Shown here in pieces: positions 50,039 to 61,185 of a DNA stretch of 64,000 nucleotides. The stretch covers positions 23,576 to 87,575 of the forward strand of contig JAZDGU010000029.1 of assembly GCA_043806595.1 (NCBI GenBank), given 5' to 3'. The DNA comes from Candidatus Micrarchaeota archaeon. Lineage in GTDB: Archaea; Micrarchaeota; Micrarchaeia; Norongarragalinales; SBBD01. The notes below the pieces were generated by a model. The model worked only from the letters and a program-made list of their open reading frames with translations, was not told the origin of the DNA and did not search any database. Numbering within the stretch: position 1 is the stretch's first letter; every line of letters begins with the position of its first letter. Position numbers and translations under genes: made by a program.

Positions 50039-51421
50039 ATGCAGATTGGAAAGATAGCACTTTTTGGCGGGCTTGCTTTAACGATTGTCGTAGCGGTTTT
50101 CTTTTTCTCGACTACTCAACAAGCTCCTCCTTCTTCGAATCCTCAAATACAATTGAGTATGACTTTCGATAAAACTCCGCAACTGGAAGCAGAAACTACC
50201 CTGAACGTAAAACTGTCGGCTTCTTCTGACTCGCCTAACACAAAAGTCAATATTGTTCTTCCAGCTGGAATCGAATTAGTTGAAGGAAAACAAAGCTGGA
50301 CAGGAAGTTTGAAGGCTAATGAACCGACAGAATTCTCAACTATTATAAAAATTATTTCGCTAAGCAATTCATCCATTATAGCATTCGTCACAAGCCAAGA
50401 CTCTTTTTCCGAGAGCCAAATTTCCGTCCCAATAACGCAAATTCCTATCACTTCTGGAATTGCTACTCCGGCGGGTGGAACATATTCAAATGAAACTTGG
50501 GAATGCAGTAACAATCGTGAATGCGCTGCTGAGCAGCAGTGCATCAACTATACCTGTGAAAACTTTTCTTGTGACCATTATTGCCATCACATCGTTGACC
50601 ACCAGTGTTTGGCTTACGAGTGTTGTGCCGACTCCGAATGCAATCCTGAACAACAATGCATTGACAACCAATGCAGCACGCCAATTCTAGAAAGTGTAGA
50701 TAAGCTTGCGTTCTACGATAACGGATCCATATACGTTTTGAATAAAGATGGGTCAAATATTACAAAGTTATTTGACGCAGGATATCCTGAAGGCCAATAT
50801 CCGGCATGGTCGTCTGATGGCCAAAGAATCGCATACGGGCGAAACAACATCTATGTTATCAATATCAATGGAACGGGGAAAACGCTTGTAACCCCCGGTT
50901 TTGCTCCCGACTGGGTTCCGGGGAAAAACAGCCTCGTATTTACACAACGAGGTTGGTGGAGAAATGGAAACCTGCGGATGATCGACTTAGCAACCGGTAC
51001 TCATGAAGTCATTCTTGATAAAATTTTGATTGGAAACGCCGACGTTTCACCTGATGGCAGCATGGTTGCTTACGTGACTGCAAGTGCTGCATTTGAAGCC
51101 TCCAAAATTTCCCTCATAAACATCAATGGTACGGGCGATAGGGTTCTCGTGATAGGCGATGAACCCGCTTGGTCGCCAGATGGGGAAAAAATAGCCTACG
51201 TTCGCGGTGGCATTCGCGTTTTGAATCTTAAAACGATGGAAGACGAATTCATGACAAACGGGTTTTCACCAGCATGGTCTCCAAAGGGGGATTGGATTGC
51301 GTTCAGCAACAGCGCCGGCGATTTTGGAAGTGGTATTTCTATAATTGCTATAAATAGCAAGGGCATAGTAAATTTGACCGATTTCGGAGGATTCCCTACT
51401 TGGTCTCCCAAAGAATCATGA
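50039..51421 (+). CDS. Membrane-anchored TolB/PD40 beta-propeller protein with an Ig-like and a Cys-rich segment
   Basis: N-terminal TM; PAWSSDG, PAWSPDG and PAWSPKG repeats; CCADSEC cluster. Confidence 0.88.
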   Translation: MQIGKIALFGGLALTIVVAVFFFSTTQQAPPSSNPQIQLSMTFDKTPQLEAETTLNVKLSASSDSPNTKVNIVLPAGIELVEGKQSWTGSLKANEPTEFSTIIKIISLSNSSIIAFVTSQDSFSESQISVPITQIPITSGIATPAGGTYSNETWECSNNRECAAEQQCINYTCENFSCDHYCHHIVDHQCLAYECCADSECNPEQQCIDNQCSTPILESVDKLAFYDNGSIYVLNKDGSNITKLFDAGYPEGQYPAWSSDGQRIAYGRNNIYVININGTGKTLVTPGFAPDWVPGKNSLVFTQRGWWRNGNLRMIDLATGTHEVILDKILIGNADVSPDGSMVAYVTASAAFEASKISLININGTGDRVLVIGDEPAWSPDGEKIAYVRGGIRVLNLKTMEDEFMTNGFSPAWSPKGDWIAFSNSAGDFGSGISIIAINSKGIVNLTDFGGFPTWSPKES

Positions 51422-51436
51422 AAAAGGTTATAACCA

Positions 51437-54400
51437 GTGCATTGTTTCATTCATAAATATTATCTAGCAATTTTTTTCCTATTTCTTTTACTCGATGCAA
51501 GTCGAGCTGAAAATTTCACTACTAACTCTTCAATTGATAATGGAATATATCTGAATGAATCTGAGTTTTATGGGAACAACGATATTTCTTATCAAATCAA
51601 ACTAAAACGTGGCGCCTTTACTCCAAATGCTATGACTGGCTCTGAAATAAACGAATATTTCTTATCATTGGATTTAACCCTTGACAGGGTATACGTTTTG
51701 GTTCAGTTTAATTCTCTTGGCGGCGATCCATCTGACGCCGAAATACAAAATCTGAGCGACGATAATGTAACTCTATTGGGCAGTTTAGCTGATCATACGT
51801 ATATTGCAAAATTTCCCCTGCGGGTATTAGAAACCAAATCTTACCCGTTTGTAAGATGGATAAGTATTCTAGATCCTGTAAAAAAATTGAGCAGTAACCT
51901 CGATAATTATACGAATTCAAATTCGACAACCCCTCTTAATATTACAATAGTTTTCTTCGAAGGCCTGAACCCGTTGCAACAAGACGAATTTAGTAATTAT
52001 TCGAATATTGTGATTTCTAATGACACGAACTTTACTTCCGCCACGTTTACCACGAACACGAGCCTGATTGGAAACCTTTCTGAACTCAATTTTGTCAAAT
52101 GGCTTGAATACTATACCCGATCTGCAACAACGTACATTGACACAAGTTCACGCGTTATCGCATCTCAGAACGTGTGGCCGTATTTCGATACTTCGGGAGT
52201 CACCGTGGGAATCATTGATAGTGGACTTCAATTTAATCACCCCTTCTTTTCCTCTGTTGCAAAATACGCAGCTTGGGACTACGTGGGAAACGATTCTAAT
52301 CCTGAAGCGGAGGGGAGCAGCCATGGTACACGGGTTGCCGGGATAATTTCGGGGTCTGGAATCTATTCAGGAAGAAGCCTTCGCGGAATCTCTGACAAGG
52401 CTACCTTAGTGATTCAAAGATACCTGGATTCAAGCGAGGTCCCTCAAGGACCTGAGCCATGGTATAATGATATGTGGCGTAATATCATAGACCCAGGTAA
52501 CAATGCAAGTTACTCCGGTCCGTGGTCCGCAGATGTAATAAGCATTAGTTGGGGGATTCCATTCGTTGAACCGCACGGAGAATATTCGTTGACCGCTCAA
52601 AAAATGGATGATATCATCCGAGGAAGCTTGGGCAAAGAAGTATCAATTGTAACGGCGGTTGGAAACGATGGAAAAAATGTAATGGTTTCATCATTAAGCA
52701 CATCAAAAAATGCTATTACCGTCGGCGCAACTGCTGATTTTACTACTTCAAATAACGTGGGCGGAAGTGGAGGGGTGTTCGCGGATTCAAGTAGTTTGTA
52801 TGTATTGAATTTTAGCCAGAGGGGAACAATTGAGGGAAGAATGAAGCCAGACGTTTTGGCACCAGGATCAGATATTACGTCAACGAAGTTACCGAGTTCT
52901 TATGAGAGTGGTTGGGGAACCAGCTGGTCTGCACCTCACGTAGCGGCTCTTTGCGCTCAAATTATTCAACTATACGCAGTAAACCACGGTTGGACAAATA
53001 TCTATCCAGAATCAATTAAGGCATTCATTGTCGGTTCGACTGTCGGTGGAAGTACAACCAATTCTAAAAATATTAGTTTAAGTTGGGGAAGAATCGACGC
53101 GTACAGGACTATATATAAGTTAAACGACGAATACGACGATCAACTCAATACAGAAATCGTGGGCGAGCCAGGGTCGGGATATTACCAAGATGTATGGTGG
53201 ACTCCATCAGTGCCAAGTGGGGCCGATAGACTGGAAGTTACTTTGGTTTATTCCGACCCTCCGGGCGATGTTTTGATTTCAGAACCTTTGAAGAATGATT
53301 TGGATCTTTATTTAAAGTATCCTAACGGTACGACGCTTCAGTATACTGTCGATGATGATATTATCAATAATGTTGAAAAATACATTATTCCCTCTGGGCA
53401 ACTTGTTGCGGGGACTTGGGAATTGCATGTTAGAGCTAGGGACTTGGAGGGCGCCTCGGGCAGCCAAAGATTTGCGATAAAATGGCAGACAATTAAAAAA
53501 ATAGCTACTCCATCTCTCTCTGTTTCGTTAAATTTGAATTCAACCGTAATTCCCCGAGGCTACACTTTCGACGCGATTGCTACAATTTTAATGAATGGTG
53601 TTTTCGGATATGACTTTCGTTCCTACTTAAGCGCAACTTCTGGAGTTTCAGTTATTTCGGGAACGCTCGATGGTACTGACGCCGATAAAGAAACTATTGG
53701 AGACTTAAACGCGGGTGGAAGCGCAGATACAAGGCATTTTACATTAAGGGGAGACACCACTGGAAGTAAATCCATAACAATGCTTGCAAATGGCGCAACT
53801 ACTCTAGGAGGCACAGTTTCAAATTCTGACGTTAAAATAGTTACAGTTAAAGCTGCTGATGGTGATTACCCCTGCACGGCGGATTCTGAATGCTATTCAA
53901 ACTATTGTGACAGCGATGGGCAAGGATTACATGATGACAACTGGTGTTTTTCTCCATATAGCACTTATTTTGATGGCCAAGAACCGAGCTACTGCGAGTA
54001 TTCTACTGACAATGGCATAGCGGATTGTGACGAGCGCCAAGTCGGAGATGACTTGAACAAGTGCGAGGGAATCACGTACTACGAAGACGAGTGCAGTAGC
54101 ATGTGCAATTACCAAGACGTTACGACCGTATTCGAATGCACCGATACTAGCTGCTCTTGCACGCAGCCTCTATGCGACGGAAAGACGACTGGCGATAACA
54201 TTGTCACCTGTTCGGCAGGCCAGACGTATTTTGCCGACAAGTGCACGGCCACTGCCAGTGGCGAAGATAGGGGGGACAACATTTGCCGTTCCTCCGCCTT
54301 TGATTCAACCTGTACTGCTTGTGTCGAATGCAACGGCCTACCCGCAGGACAAGGATTATGCAATGCCAATTGCGTCTATACGCCACCACTTCCATGGCTA

Positions 54401-57400
54401 GGAACTCGCTTGATTACTCCGACAGGCGACACAAACGTTACGCAAAACGAGTTCTTCAACGTCACCACCGAAGTGTGCTGTTACAACGCCGATTGCGGAA
54501 GCGTCACAGTAAGCTTAGACCCTCAACCGACAACTTTACCAGAAGCGAGCCGGGTTGCGGAAACGACTACAAATGGCTTCGATAAGAACGAATTCTTGCA
54601 TTACTTGGATAATGAAAGCGATCCACACGCCTTTACAAAGCCGTTCAGCGTCTACGAGTTGTGCAATCCGAAGTCCGACAACCACTTCATTGAAGGGGTT
54701 GGCGGCTTCAACGTTTCGTTCAAAGAAGAGAACAACGGCAAACTCCTTGCCAGCAAAGTGTATCTATGGCAAGCAGACGTACAGAATGTTACCTACAACC
54801 AGTCATATTTCGTAAACGACGGCACCAACGAGACGCCTCACTACTCGCTCGTCGAGAAATACGTCACTCAGCAAGAGGATCTCAGCAAGTGGGTTCCGTT
54901 CGAGCCACAAGGCTTCAAGATAAACGGAAAAGAGTGCATGAAAATCAAGGTGCAAGGCCACAAGAAGGCCACTATAGGCGAGAGCGCTGTAGATAACATA
55001 GTAGGATTCGCGGGCTTCGACTTCCCCGAATATGCTTGGTGGAACTCCTCGTTCCTCGAACGCAAGAGCTTCATCATCAACACATCCGAAGCACGCACAC
55101 GCTCACCATTCCTCGTCAACGTAACGGGCTTGAGCGTGCCATCACGGAACTGCTCCATTGACTTGCGGCTGACGAACAACTCCGATACGGAAGTCTTTTC
55201 CCTCGCCGTCGTCTCCAATGGCACGACTACTCCTCCCATAGGCTCGCGCTGGTGCCAAATAACCTTCATCGAAAACACTACTGCCGGAAACAACACATTT
55301 TGGATCTACGACAATAACTCGTACGCCGTGCCACCGACTGGATACGATAAGTTATATTTCGTGGAGACCTTCGACCAATACTCCGACAACCAGCTCATCA
55401 ACGGAACAAACGGCTGGTATGCTGACTCTGCCGTTACCGAGACAAATTTGATGGCTTCAAGCACTACTGCGGTTATAGCGGCGTGGCCGGGTGTGATCTC
55501 CAACGGTGCAATCTTCAACTACTCGGGAAGCGGAGCCACCCGTTTTTTCGCCAAGAACCTGACTGTCAACGTGTCCGCGCAGCCGATATACTTCAAGGCG
55601 TTCTATTGGCAATCTGGCGACAGCGGCGGAAATTGGGCGCACGGCATCGGCATAATCAACAACAGCGTAACAACTGGCGTTGGAGAAATCGGACAGGGCC
55701 TGAGCGGCACGTTTTTCACCCCTTGCTCGGCAACAGGCGGGTGCTGGTCTACCAACAGTTACCGAACCGCCCCAGTGAAATACAATTCATGGTTTTTGTT
55801 CACCCAATACATAAACCAATCCTTCGCGTCCAACAAATGCGAATACGAGATAAAGAACTCGACCTTCTACAACTTCACCTACGAAATCCCTTGCTTCGCC
55901 GGAGTGGCGCCAGATTTGGTTACACGCGTGTGGCTGCAGGGCGGATACACCAACATCGACGTACGCGTAGACGATATCTGGGCTTGGAACGTGAATTTCA
56001 CACTATACAATACGGCCTACTTGACGTATCCAATGAACGCATCAGAAACACAATCCATATACTATCCTCCCTGGGCGTGGTGGAATTCAAGCTTCAAGAC
56101 AAGAAAAGCACTTACCCTAAACACCTCAGAAACGCGAGTAAACTCTCCTTTTCTGGTAAACGTCACAGACTTGCAAGTACCATCGCAAAATTGTACAATA
56201 GATTTAAGATTGACTACCGCAACAGGAATCGGGTTGCGCACGCTCAACGTCGTGGCAAACGATACTACTACCTCGGATCCTGGGCAACGCTGGTGCCAAA
56301 TCGCGTTCCTAGCCAATACTACCGAGAAGCTCAACCAAACTTTTTACCTCTATGATAACAACTCTTTTGCGGTACCGCCAACGGGCTACTCAGTACTCTA
56401 CTTGGTTGCAACGTTCGACAATTACGCGGTAGGCTCATGGATAAACGATACTGACGGCTGGTACCGTTATAACGAACCATCAAATCTAATGAATTTCACT
56501 GCAAACAACACGTTCTTGGCCGTGAGCGGGGATTACGCCGGCGTTTCCACGATGGCAGCCGCATTCAACTGGACTGCCAGTATCACGCATAACTTGATGA
56601 AGAATCTAACCCGCAACGTCACTACCCCGCCATTTTACTTCCGCGGCTGGTTCAGGACCGACGGAACTTCAAACCAATGGGCAAGAGGCATCGGAATCAT
56701 AAACGCCAGCCTTAACCGCGGCATGGAAGGAGGTCACGGTCATAATAGCTACGTCTTCCGAACTTGTTCCGCCGCAACGCTCTGCTGGCAAACTGGAGGT
56801 ACTACCGGCGTGACAAACAGCCGCTATAGTTGGTATCAATTCTCGTTGTTCATCAACCAATCGTTTGCAAACAACAAAATCGAGTTCGAGGTAAGCAACG
56901 ACACGTCTTACGGCTTCCAATACGAACAAACGGGCCTGGCGGCTCAAGCACCGGATACGCTGAGCCAAATATGGATTCAACACGCATACGACGGCGGCCC
57001 AAACGTCTTCCTAGACGACTTGTGGGCATGGAACGAAACTTTTAACCTGTACAACACTTCCCCCAAAATATTTATTGGGCCTTCAATGACGGATGAATCG
57101 AAAAGCCTGGTCTCGCCTATCACCGGCGCGAAACCGTTTTATACAACGAACCAGAATCCGACCACGATTTCCCTCAGCCAAAACGCGTGCCAGAACGTGT
57201 CTTGGGCGGTCAATGCCACGGGCGAAGCCAACAAGACCTATACCTTCTTTGCATATGCTTACAAGACATCCAATCCAGCAATTGGCAATATGACCGAAAC
57301 GATCGAAGTAACAATAACCAAGCCCCTATGGATAACCAGGTTTGAACCAGTGTATGCCGAAGGAACTGAACGCGTTTTTCGTTTCGACATTGAGAACTCG

Positions 57401-57607
57401 TGGAACAGTACTTTAGCCAACGTGTCTTGGGCACTTCAAACCGGGCAAAACAACGAATCGTCAATATACGACGCCACATTAACGCCTGGCGAGACGCTTC
57501 AAGTCTTCGTCTACCACAACTATACTTCTCCAGGAAGTTTCAACGTAACTGCCCAAGCATCGGCAAACGGTTTTTTTGACAGCAAAACGATAGAAATCAT
57601 AGTATAA
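51437..57607 (+). CDS. Large secreted S8 (subtilisin-like) protease with Cys-rich, duplicated DUF2341/lectin-like and CARDB-like modules
   Basis: Triad IIDSG, SHGTRVAG and GTSWSAPHVA; KPDVLAPG; NDLDL...NNVEK domain; two AWWNSSF modules; start codon uncertain. Confidence 0.9.
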   Translation: MHCFIHKYYLAIFFLFLLLDASRAENFTTNSSIDNGIYLNESEFYGNNDISYQIKLKRGAFTPNAMTGSEINEYFLSLDLTLDRVYVLVQFNSLGGDPSDAEIQNLSDDNVTLLGSLADHTYIAKFPLRVLETKSYPFVRWISILDPVKKLSSNLDNYTNSNSTTPLNITIVFFEGLNPLQQDEFSNYSNIVISNDTNFTSATFTTNTSLIGNLSELNFVKWLEYYTRSATTYIDTSSRVIASQNVWPYFDTSGVTVGIIDSGLQFNHPFFSSVAKYAAWDYVGNDSNPEAEGSSHGTRVAGIISGSGIYSGRSLRGISDKATLVIQRYLDSSEVPQGPEPWYNDMWRNIIDPGNNASYSGPWSADVISISWGIPFVEPHGEYSLTAQKMDDIIRGSLGKEVSIVTAVGNDGKNVMVSSLSTSKNAITVGATADFTTSNNVGGSGGVFADSSSLYVLNFSQRGTIEGRMKPDVLAPGSDITSTKLPSSYESGWGTSWSAPHVAALCAQIIQLYAVNHGWTNIYPESIKAFIVGSTVGGSTTNSKNISLSWGRIDAYRTIYKLNDEYDDQLNTEIVGEPGSGYYQDVWWTPSVPSGADRLEVTLVYSDPPGDVLISEPLKNDLDLYLKYPNGTTLQYTVDDDIINNVEKYIIPSGQLVAGTWELHVRARDLEGASGSQRFAIKWQTIKKIATPSLSVSLNLNSTVIPRGYTFDAIATILMNGVFGYDFRSYLSATSGVSVISGTLDGTDADKETIGDLNAGGSADTRHFTLRGDTTGSKSITMLANGATTLGGTVSNSDVKIVTVKAADGDYPCTADSECYSNYCDSDGQGLHDDNWCFSPYSTYFDGQEPSYCEYSTDNGIADCDERQVGDDLNKCEGITYYEDECSSMCNYQDVTTVFECTDTSCSCTQPLCDGKTTGDNIVTCSAGQTYFADKCTATASGEDRGDNICRSSAFDSTCTACVECNGLPAGQGLCNANCVYTPPLPWLGTRLITPTGDTNVTQNEFFNVTTEVCCYNADCGSVTVSLDPQPTTLPEASRVAETTTNGFDKNEFLHYLDNESDPHAFTKPFSVYELCNPKSDNHFIEGVGGFNVSFKEENNGKLLASKVYLWQADVQNVTYNQSYFVNDGTNETPHYSLVEKYVTQQEDLSKWVPFEPQGFKINGKECMKIKVQGHKKATIGESAVDNIVGFAGFDFPEYAWWNSSFLERKSFIINTSEARTRSPFLVNVTGLSVPSRNCSIDLRLTNNSDTEVFSLAVVSNGTTTPPIGSRWCQITFIENTTAGNNTFWIYDNNSYAVPPTGYDKLYFVETFDQYSDNQLINGTNGWYADSAVTETNLMASSTTAVIAAWPGVISNGAIFNYSGSGATRFFAKNLTVNVSAQPIYFKAFYWQSGDSGGNWAHGIGIINNSVTTGVGEIGQGLSGTFFTPCSATGGCWSTNSYRTAPVKYNSWFLFTQYINQSFASNKCEYEIKNSTFYNFTYEIPCFAGVAPDLVTRVWLQGGYTNIDVRVDDIWAWNVNFTLYNTAYLTYPMNASETQSIYYPPWAWWNSSFKTRKALTLNTSETRVNSPFLVNVTDLQVPSQNCTIDLRLTTATGIGLRTLNVVANDTTTSDPGQRWCQIAFLANTTEKLNQTFYLYDNNSFAVPPTGYSVLYLVATFDNYAVGSWINDTDGWYRYNEPSNLMNFTANNTFLAVSGDYAGVSTMAAAFNWTASITHNLMKNLTRNVTTPPFYFRGWFRTDGTSNQWARGIGIINASLNRGMEGGHGHNSYVFRTCSAATLCWQTGGTTGVTNSRYSWYQFSLFINQSFANNKIEFEVSNDTSYGFQYEQTGLAAQAPDTLSQIWIQHAYDGGPNVFLDDLWAWNETFNLYNTSPKIFIGPSMTDESKSLVSPITGAKPFYTTNQNPTTISLSQNACQNVSWAVNATGEANKTYTFFAYAYKTSNPAIGNMTETIEVTITKPLWITRFEPVYAEGTERVFRFDIENSWNSTLANVSWALQTGQNNESSIYDATLTPGETLQVFVYHNYTSPGSFNVTAQASANGFFDSKTIEIIV

Positions 57608-57621
57608 ATGGCGAAAGTTAA

Positions 57622-59880
57622 GTGAAAAAAAGTGGAAATATGGCGCTTAAATCAGTTTCATTAACCACTTGCCTCTGGCTAACGCTAAGCTTCCTTCCCA
57701 TTCTAAACGCTGAATCGAGTCCTATAGGCTTGGAAACAAGTTCATACAACGGCAGCGTCTTCTACCATGCATGGAACGACGGTACGATAAGTAATCAGAC
57801 GTGGCTGAATGCGTCGAGTGGCAACGCGCAGTTGGCGACGACGGAAGGGCAAGGCATCGAAGAAGCCGTGCAGCGCATGGGCTACTACAAGTTCCGCTAC
57901 GGCCTCGCAGTAATCAACGGCATGAACATCACGTCGTTGACGGTGGACGACTTCCAAGGCTTCAACACCTACACCTTCAGCGACAACGCCTCCTACTGGC
58001 GGATGGAAAGCAACCGTTCCATCGTGCTAGGCGGCAAGACGCATACGCTGCGCTTCAAGCACTCGCAACAAGCCACTGACGATCTAATCAGTTTGACTAT
58101 TGAACTGAACACTACCGGCGCTTACAACGCGCCGCAGGACGTTTGGCTTGCCGTCGCCCTCGCCAACTTGACGGAATTCAACCTAGTTGACTACGTGGGA
58201 ACGGACGGCAGAGTGCATTCCGCGTCGCCAAACGACTCCCTCGCCATTTACAATTGGACGCAAGTCAAGGTCGTGCGCTGGCCGGATGGGTGGGGGTGGC
58301 GTTTCGATGCAATCCTATCGCAGTTGCCGTTGCAGGAAGACGCGCTTATCCTAGAGAGCGGCGTCGTATGGATGGCGTTCAAGCTCGGCGGGACGCTGTC
58401 CGGCGGAAAACAGGTAAACTTGCAGGCGATAGACGAAACTAACTGCATCATTTCCTGCCAATTTGGAGACTCCGCCGCGGTCAACTATGGAATTATGGGG
58501 GACACGGCAGGGCAAGACGCCGAAAACCTATCCTACTCCTTTAACTGGACGGACTTAAACGACACCTGCGGGCTCAACTCCGGCTGCGCAATACACTGCA
58601 CGGCAAACGATCCCTACGCTGCCATCGGCGCTCAAAAAAGAATAACGACAATAGGAACTGCTGGCTCTCCGCTTTGGGTTACGTGCGACTTGTCGAATAC
58701 GACGAATGCCTGCACAGATGGCAGTCCCGTCGGCTTGAAGAAGACTAACCCGGTAAAAAACACGGACTACATTTATGCCGTAACCGAGCAAGGCCGTTAC
58801 AGCAAAACCGGATTTTTCCACACCAGCAAATGCGACTTCGTCGGGCTAGGCTTGACGACCGCAACCTCGCTCCAAGGTGCGGACACAATCAGTCCGAGCA
58901 TCAAAGCCTGTTACTTGGTTGGCGCGGCCTTCACGAACAACACGGTAGTAAACTTGCCAACGAGCAACGGCAGCTTAGCGTGGGCTAACGCGAGCTTTTC
59001 CTGCGATTTCGACGACGAGGCGAAACCCTATGGTGGGACCGGTCTGGTGAACGTTTCCGGTCTAAAACTCAACCGCACCGGTTTCACATGGAATATCACG
59101 GACTTGACCGACAGGCCGTGGGGAACGCAGAACATCACTTGGTGGGACTTCCAACTAGGAGGATACTATCAAGCCTGCGCTGCAGTGAACGGCACGAACC
59201 GGCAGGCAAGCGACGGCAGGGACACGAACTGGTCTGAGCCAATCATCTGCTATATTTTCGGCGTGAATATTGTTCCCACCGGCCCCGTTCCTTCTGTGAA
59301 TCTTTCAAGCCCTTCAAATGGTTCTCTTGAATTGTCTTCGAATTTCCTGAACTTTTCGTGTAACGCGTCCAGCAATTATTTCTTGGACGAAGTGGAATTG
59401 TGGGGTAATTGGGGCGGAGGATGGCACGCCAACCAGTCGTATGATTTCGATAACAACCTGACTGTGACGCATACTTTCAACGCGTTCGTCGAAGACGGCT
59501 ACTTTGAATGGAACTGCAAGTATTTCGACGTATACGGACTTTCAGCTTTCGCTCAGGAGAACTGGACATTCGGGATAGAAAATCAGTCGAGGAATGCTAT
59601 CGCAGACGGAGTTAAGAACGTCACTCCGAACGCCTCAATCTCTACAAGCCAACAAATCTACATCGTCAACGAAAACGAGCAGCATTACTTAGGAAGATTC
59701 GACAAGACATCCACTCTCGACAACCAGACTTGGGCCTTCAATTACGTCACGACGCCGCTTGAATCGTTTGTCGGCATGCCTTCGTTGAAAAACGTTGCAA
59801 TCGTTTGGGAGAACCAGACGCTTTCCTTGCAGCAAATCTTCGATCAAGTAGTCGCATTCATTTCCTCGACAATGCAATAA
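57622..59880 (+). CDS. Secreted beta-rich glycoprotein of unknown function (start may be ATG 57640)
   Basis: Signal peptide, many NxS/T sequons, Ig-like VNLSSPSNG...LWGNW...WNC module. Confidence 0.8.
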   Translation: MKKSGNMALKSVSLTTCLWLTLSFLPILNAESSPIGLETSSYNGSVFYHAWNDGTISNQTWLNASSGNAQLATTEGQGIEEAVQRMGYYKFRYGLAVINGMNITSLTVDDFQGFNTYTFSDNASYWRMESNRSIVLGGKTHTLRFKHSQQATDDLISLTIELNTTGAYNAPQDVWLAVALANLTEFNLVDYVGTDGRVHSASPNDSLAIYNWTQVKVVRWPDGWGWRFDAILSQLPLQEDALILESGVVWMAFKLGGTLSGGKQVNLQAIDETNCIISCQFGDSAAVNYGIMGDTAGQDAENLSYSFNWTDLNDTCGLNSGCAIHCTANDPYAAIGAQKRITTIGTAGSPLWVTCDLSNTTNACTDGSPVGLKKTNPVKNTDYIYAVTEQGRYSKTGFFHTSKCDFVGLGLTTATSLQGADTISPSIKACYLVGAAFTNNTVVNLPTSNGSLAWANASFSCDFDDEAKPYGGTGLVNVSGLKLNRTGFTWNITDLTDRPWGTQNITWWDFQLGGYYQACAAVNGTNRQASDGRDTNWSEPIICYIFGVNIVPTGPVPSVNLSSPSNGSLELSSNFLNFSCNASSNYFLDEVELWGNWGGGWHANQSYDFDNNLTVTHTFNAFVEDGYFEWNCKYFDVYGLSAFAQENWTFGIENQSRNAIADGVKNVTPNASISTSQQIYIVNENEQHYLGRFDKTSTLDNQTWAFNYVTTPLESFVGMPSLKNVAIVWENQTLSLQQIFDQVVAFISSTMQ

Positions 59881-59934
59881 CCCATTAAAAGCGAAACAGG
59901 TTTAAGAAAGGGTAATGTTACGGGCCAAGATTAC

Positions 59935-61164
59935 ATGTTCCGGGAACTCGACATACGGGGTAAGTACGGCAAGGAGGTGACGCCCGAGGCGTTTTTACGG
60001 CTGGGCACGGCTGCCGCGGAGATGTTCGAGACGCTTGCCGTCGGCATGGACTACAGGCCGCACAACGAGAAGCTCCTGCAGGCCTTCCTCGCGGGATACC
60101 GGCACAAGGTCACGTTTCTGGGCTACGCGCCTACGCCGGCGGTGGCGTTCCTCTCCCGGAAAGCAGGTCTCTCGCTCACCGCGTCGCACAACCCGGCGGG
60201 GTACAACGGCGCCAAGTTCTTCCGCGCGAGGACCTACGTGACGGAAAAGGAGATGGCGGAACTCAAGCGGCGCTTCGACGCGGTGGCGATGGAGCAGTCC
60301 CAGCTCCTGCCCCTGCCGCAGGCCGACCGCGAGGCGGTGCGGGAGTACGAGGACAGCATCCCGGAAATGACCAAGGGCGTGTTCGACCTCGGCGGAGGCG
60401 CGGTGTGCGCGCTCAAGCACCTGTTCCCGCACAGCATCTTCAACGCGCCGGACCCCTTGTTCGAGAAGCGCGCGCCCGAGCCCAAGGACGAGACGCTCGG
60501 CGAATTGAAGCGGATTACGGCAGAGGGACCGGCGGTCGGATTCGCCTTCGACGGCGACGGCGACCGGGTGATGCTGTGCGACCGGGGGAAGGTCATCGAG
60601 GGCGACGTCACCGCGGCGTTCGCGGCCGAGAGGCTGCTCAAGAAGGGCGACTGCATGGTGCTGAGCATCGACTGCAGGCAGGAGGTCTTCGACCGCTGCA
60701 GCGACGCGGGTTTCAAGGTCTTCACTTCGAAGGTCGGGGACGCGCACGTGCTCCGGCTTGCCGTCGAAAGGCGCGCGGCGCTCTCGGCGGAGAGGTCCGG
60801 CCATTTTTCCATCCCCAAGCACGCCCCGGACTCCGACGGGGTGTACTTCGCGGCGCTGCTGTGCGATGCGAGAGCCGGGGAGCTGGCGGATTTCTCCGCG
60901 GGGTTCAGGAACGTCACGCTGAAGAAGGAGGAATACTGCCGTGCGGACTTCGACAAGCTGAAGAAGCTCGCGGGAGAGAAGGGCCCGGCGGAATTAATTA
61001 CAATCGACGGGGTAAAGGCGGTCTTCGAGGATTACACGATACTTCTGCGGGCCTCTACCACGGAGACGAAGGTGCGCATCAACTCGGAGGCGGGCACGCA
61101 GGAGAAGGCGAAGCAGGGCATGATGCTGGCGGAAGGTCTGCTCGCCAAGGCAAGAATTAAATAG
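59935..61164 (+). CDS. Phosphomannomutase/phosphoglucomutase family protein
   Basis: DIRGKYG, TASHNP, FDGDGDR, ERSGH and RASTTE. Confidence 0.93.
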   Translation: MFRELDIRGKYGKEVTPEAFLRLGTAAAEMFETLAVGMDYRPHNEKLLQAFLAGYRHKVTFLGYAPTPAVAFLSRKAGLSLTASHNPAGYNGAKFFRARTYVTEKEMAELKRRFDAVAMEQSQLLPLPQADREAVREYEDSIPEMTKGVFDLGGGAVCALKHLFPHSIFNAPDPLFEKRAPEPKDETLGELKRITAEGPAVGFAFDGDGDRVMLCDRGKVIEGDVTAAFAAERLLKKGDCMVLSIDCRQEVFDRCSDAGFKVFTSKVGDAHVLRLAVERRAALSAERSGHFSIPKHAPDSDGVYFAALLCDARAGELADFSAGFRNVTLKKEEYCRADFDKLKKLAGEKGPAELITIDGVKAVFEDYTILLRASTTETKVRINSEAGTQEKAKQGMMLAEGLLAKARIK

Positions 61165-61185
61165 CGGGCGGCGGTTTCTACTTGC

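Larger units (their letters stand above)
45567..59880 (+). other. AT-richer accessory island of co-oriented genes, mostly surface proteins
   Basis: Visible GC and codon-usage drop between polC and the phosphohexomutase; no integrase or transposase seen. Confidence 0.7.

Noticed and set aside
45567..59880. Provirus or transposon call for the island
   Set aside because: No integrase, transposase, capsid, terminase or right-hand att copy was seen.
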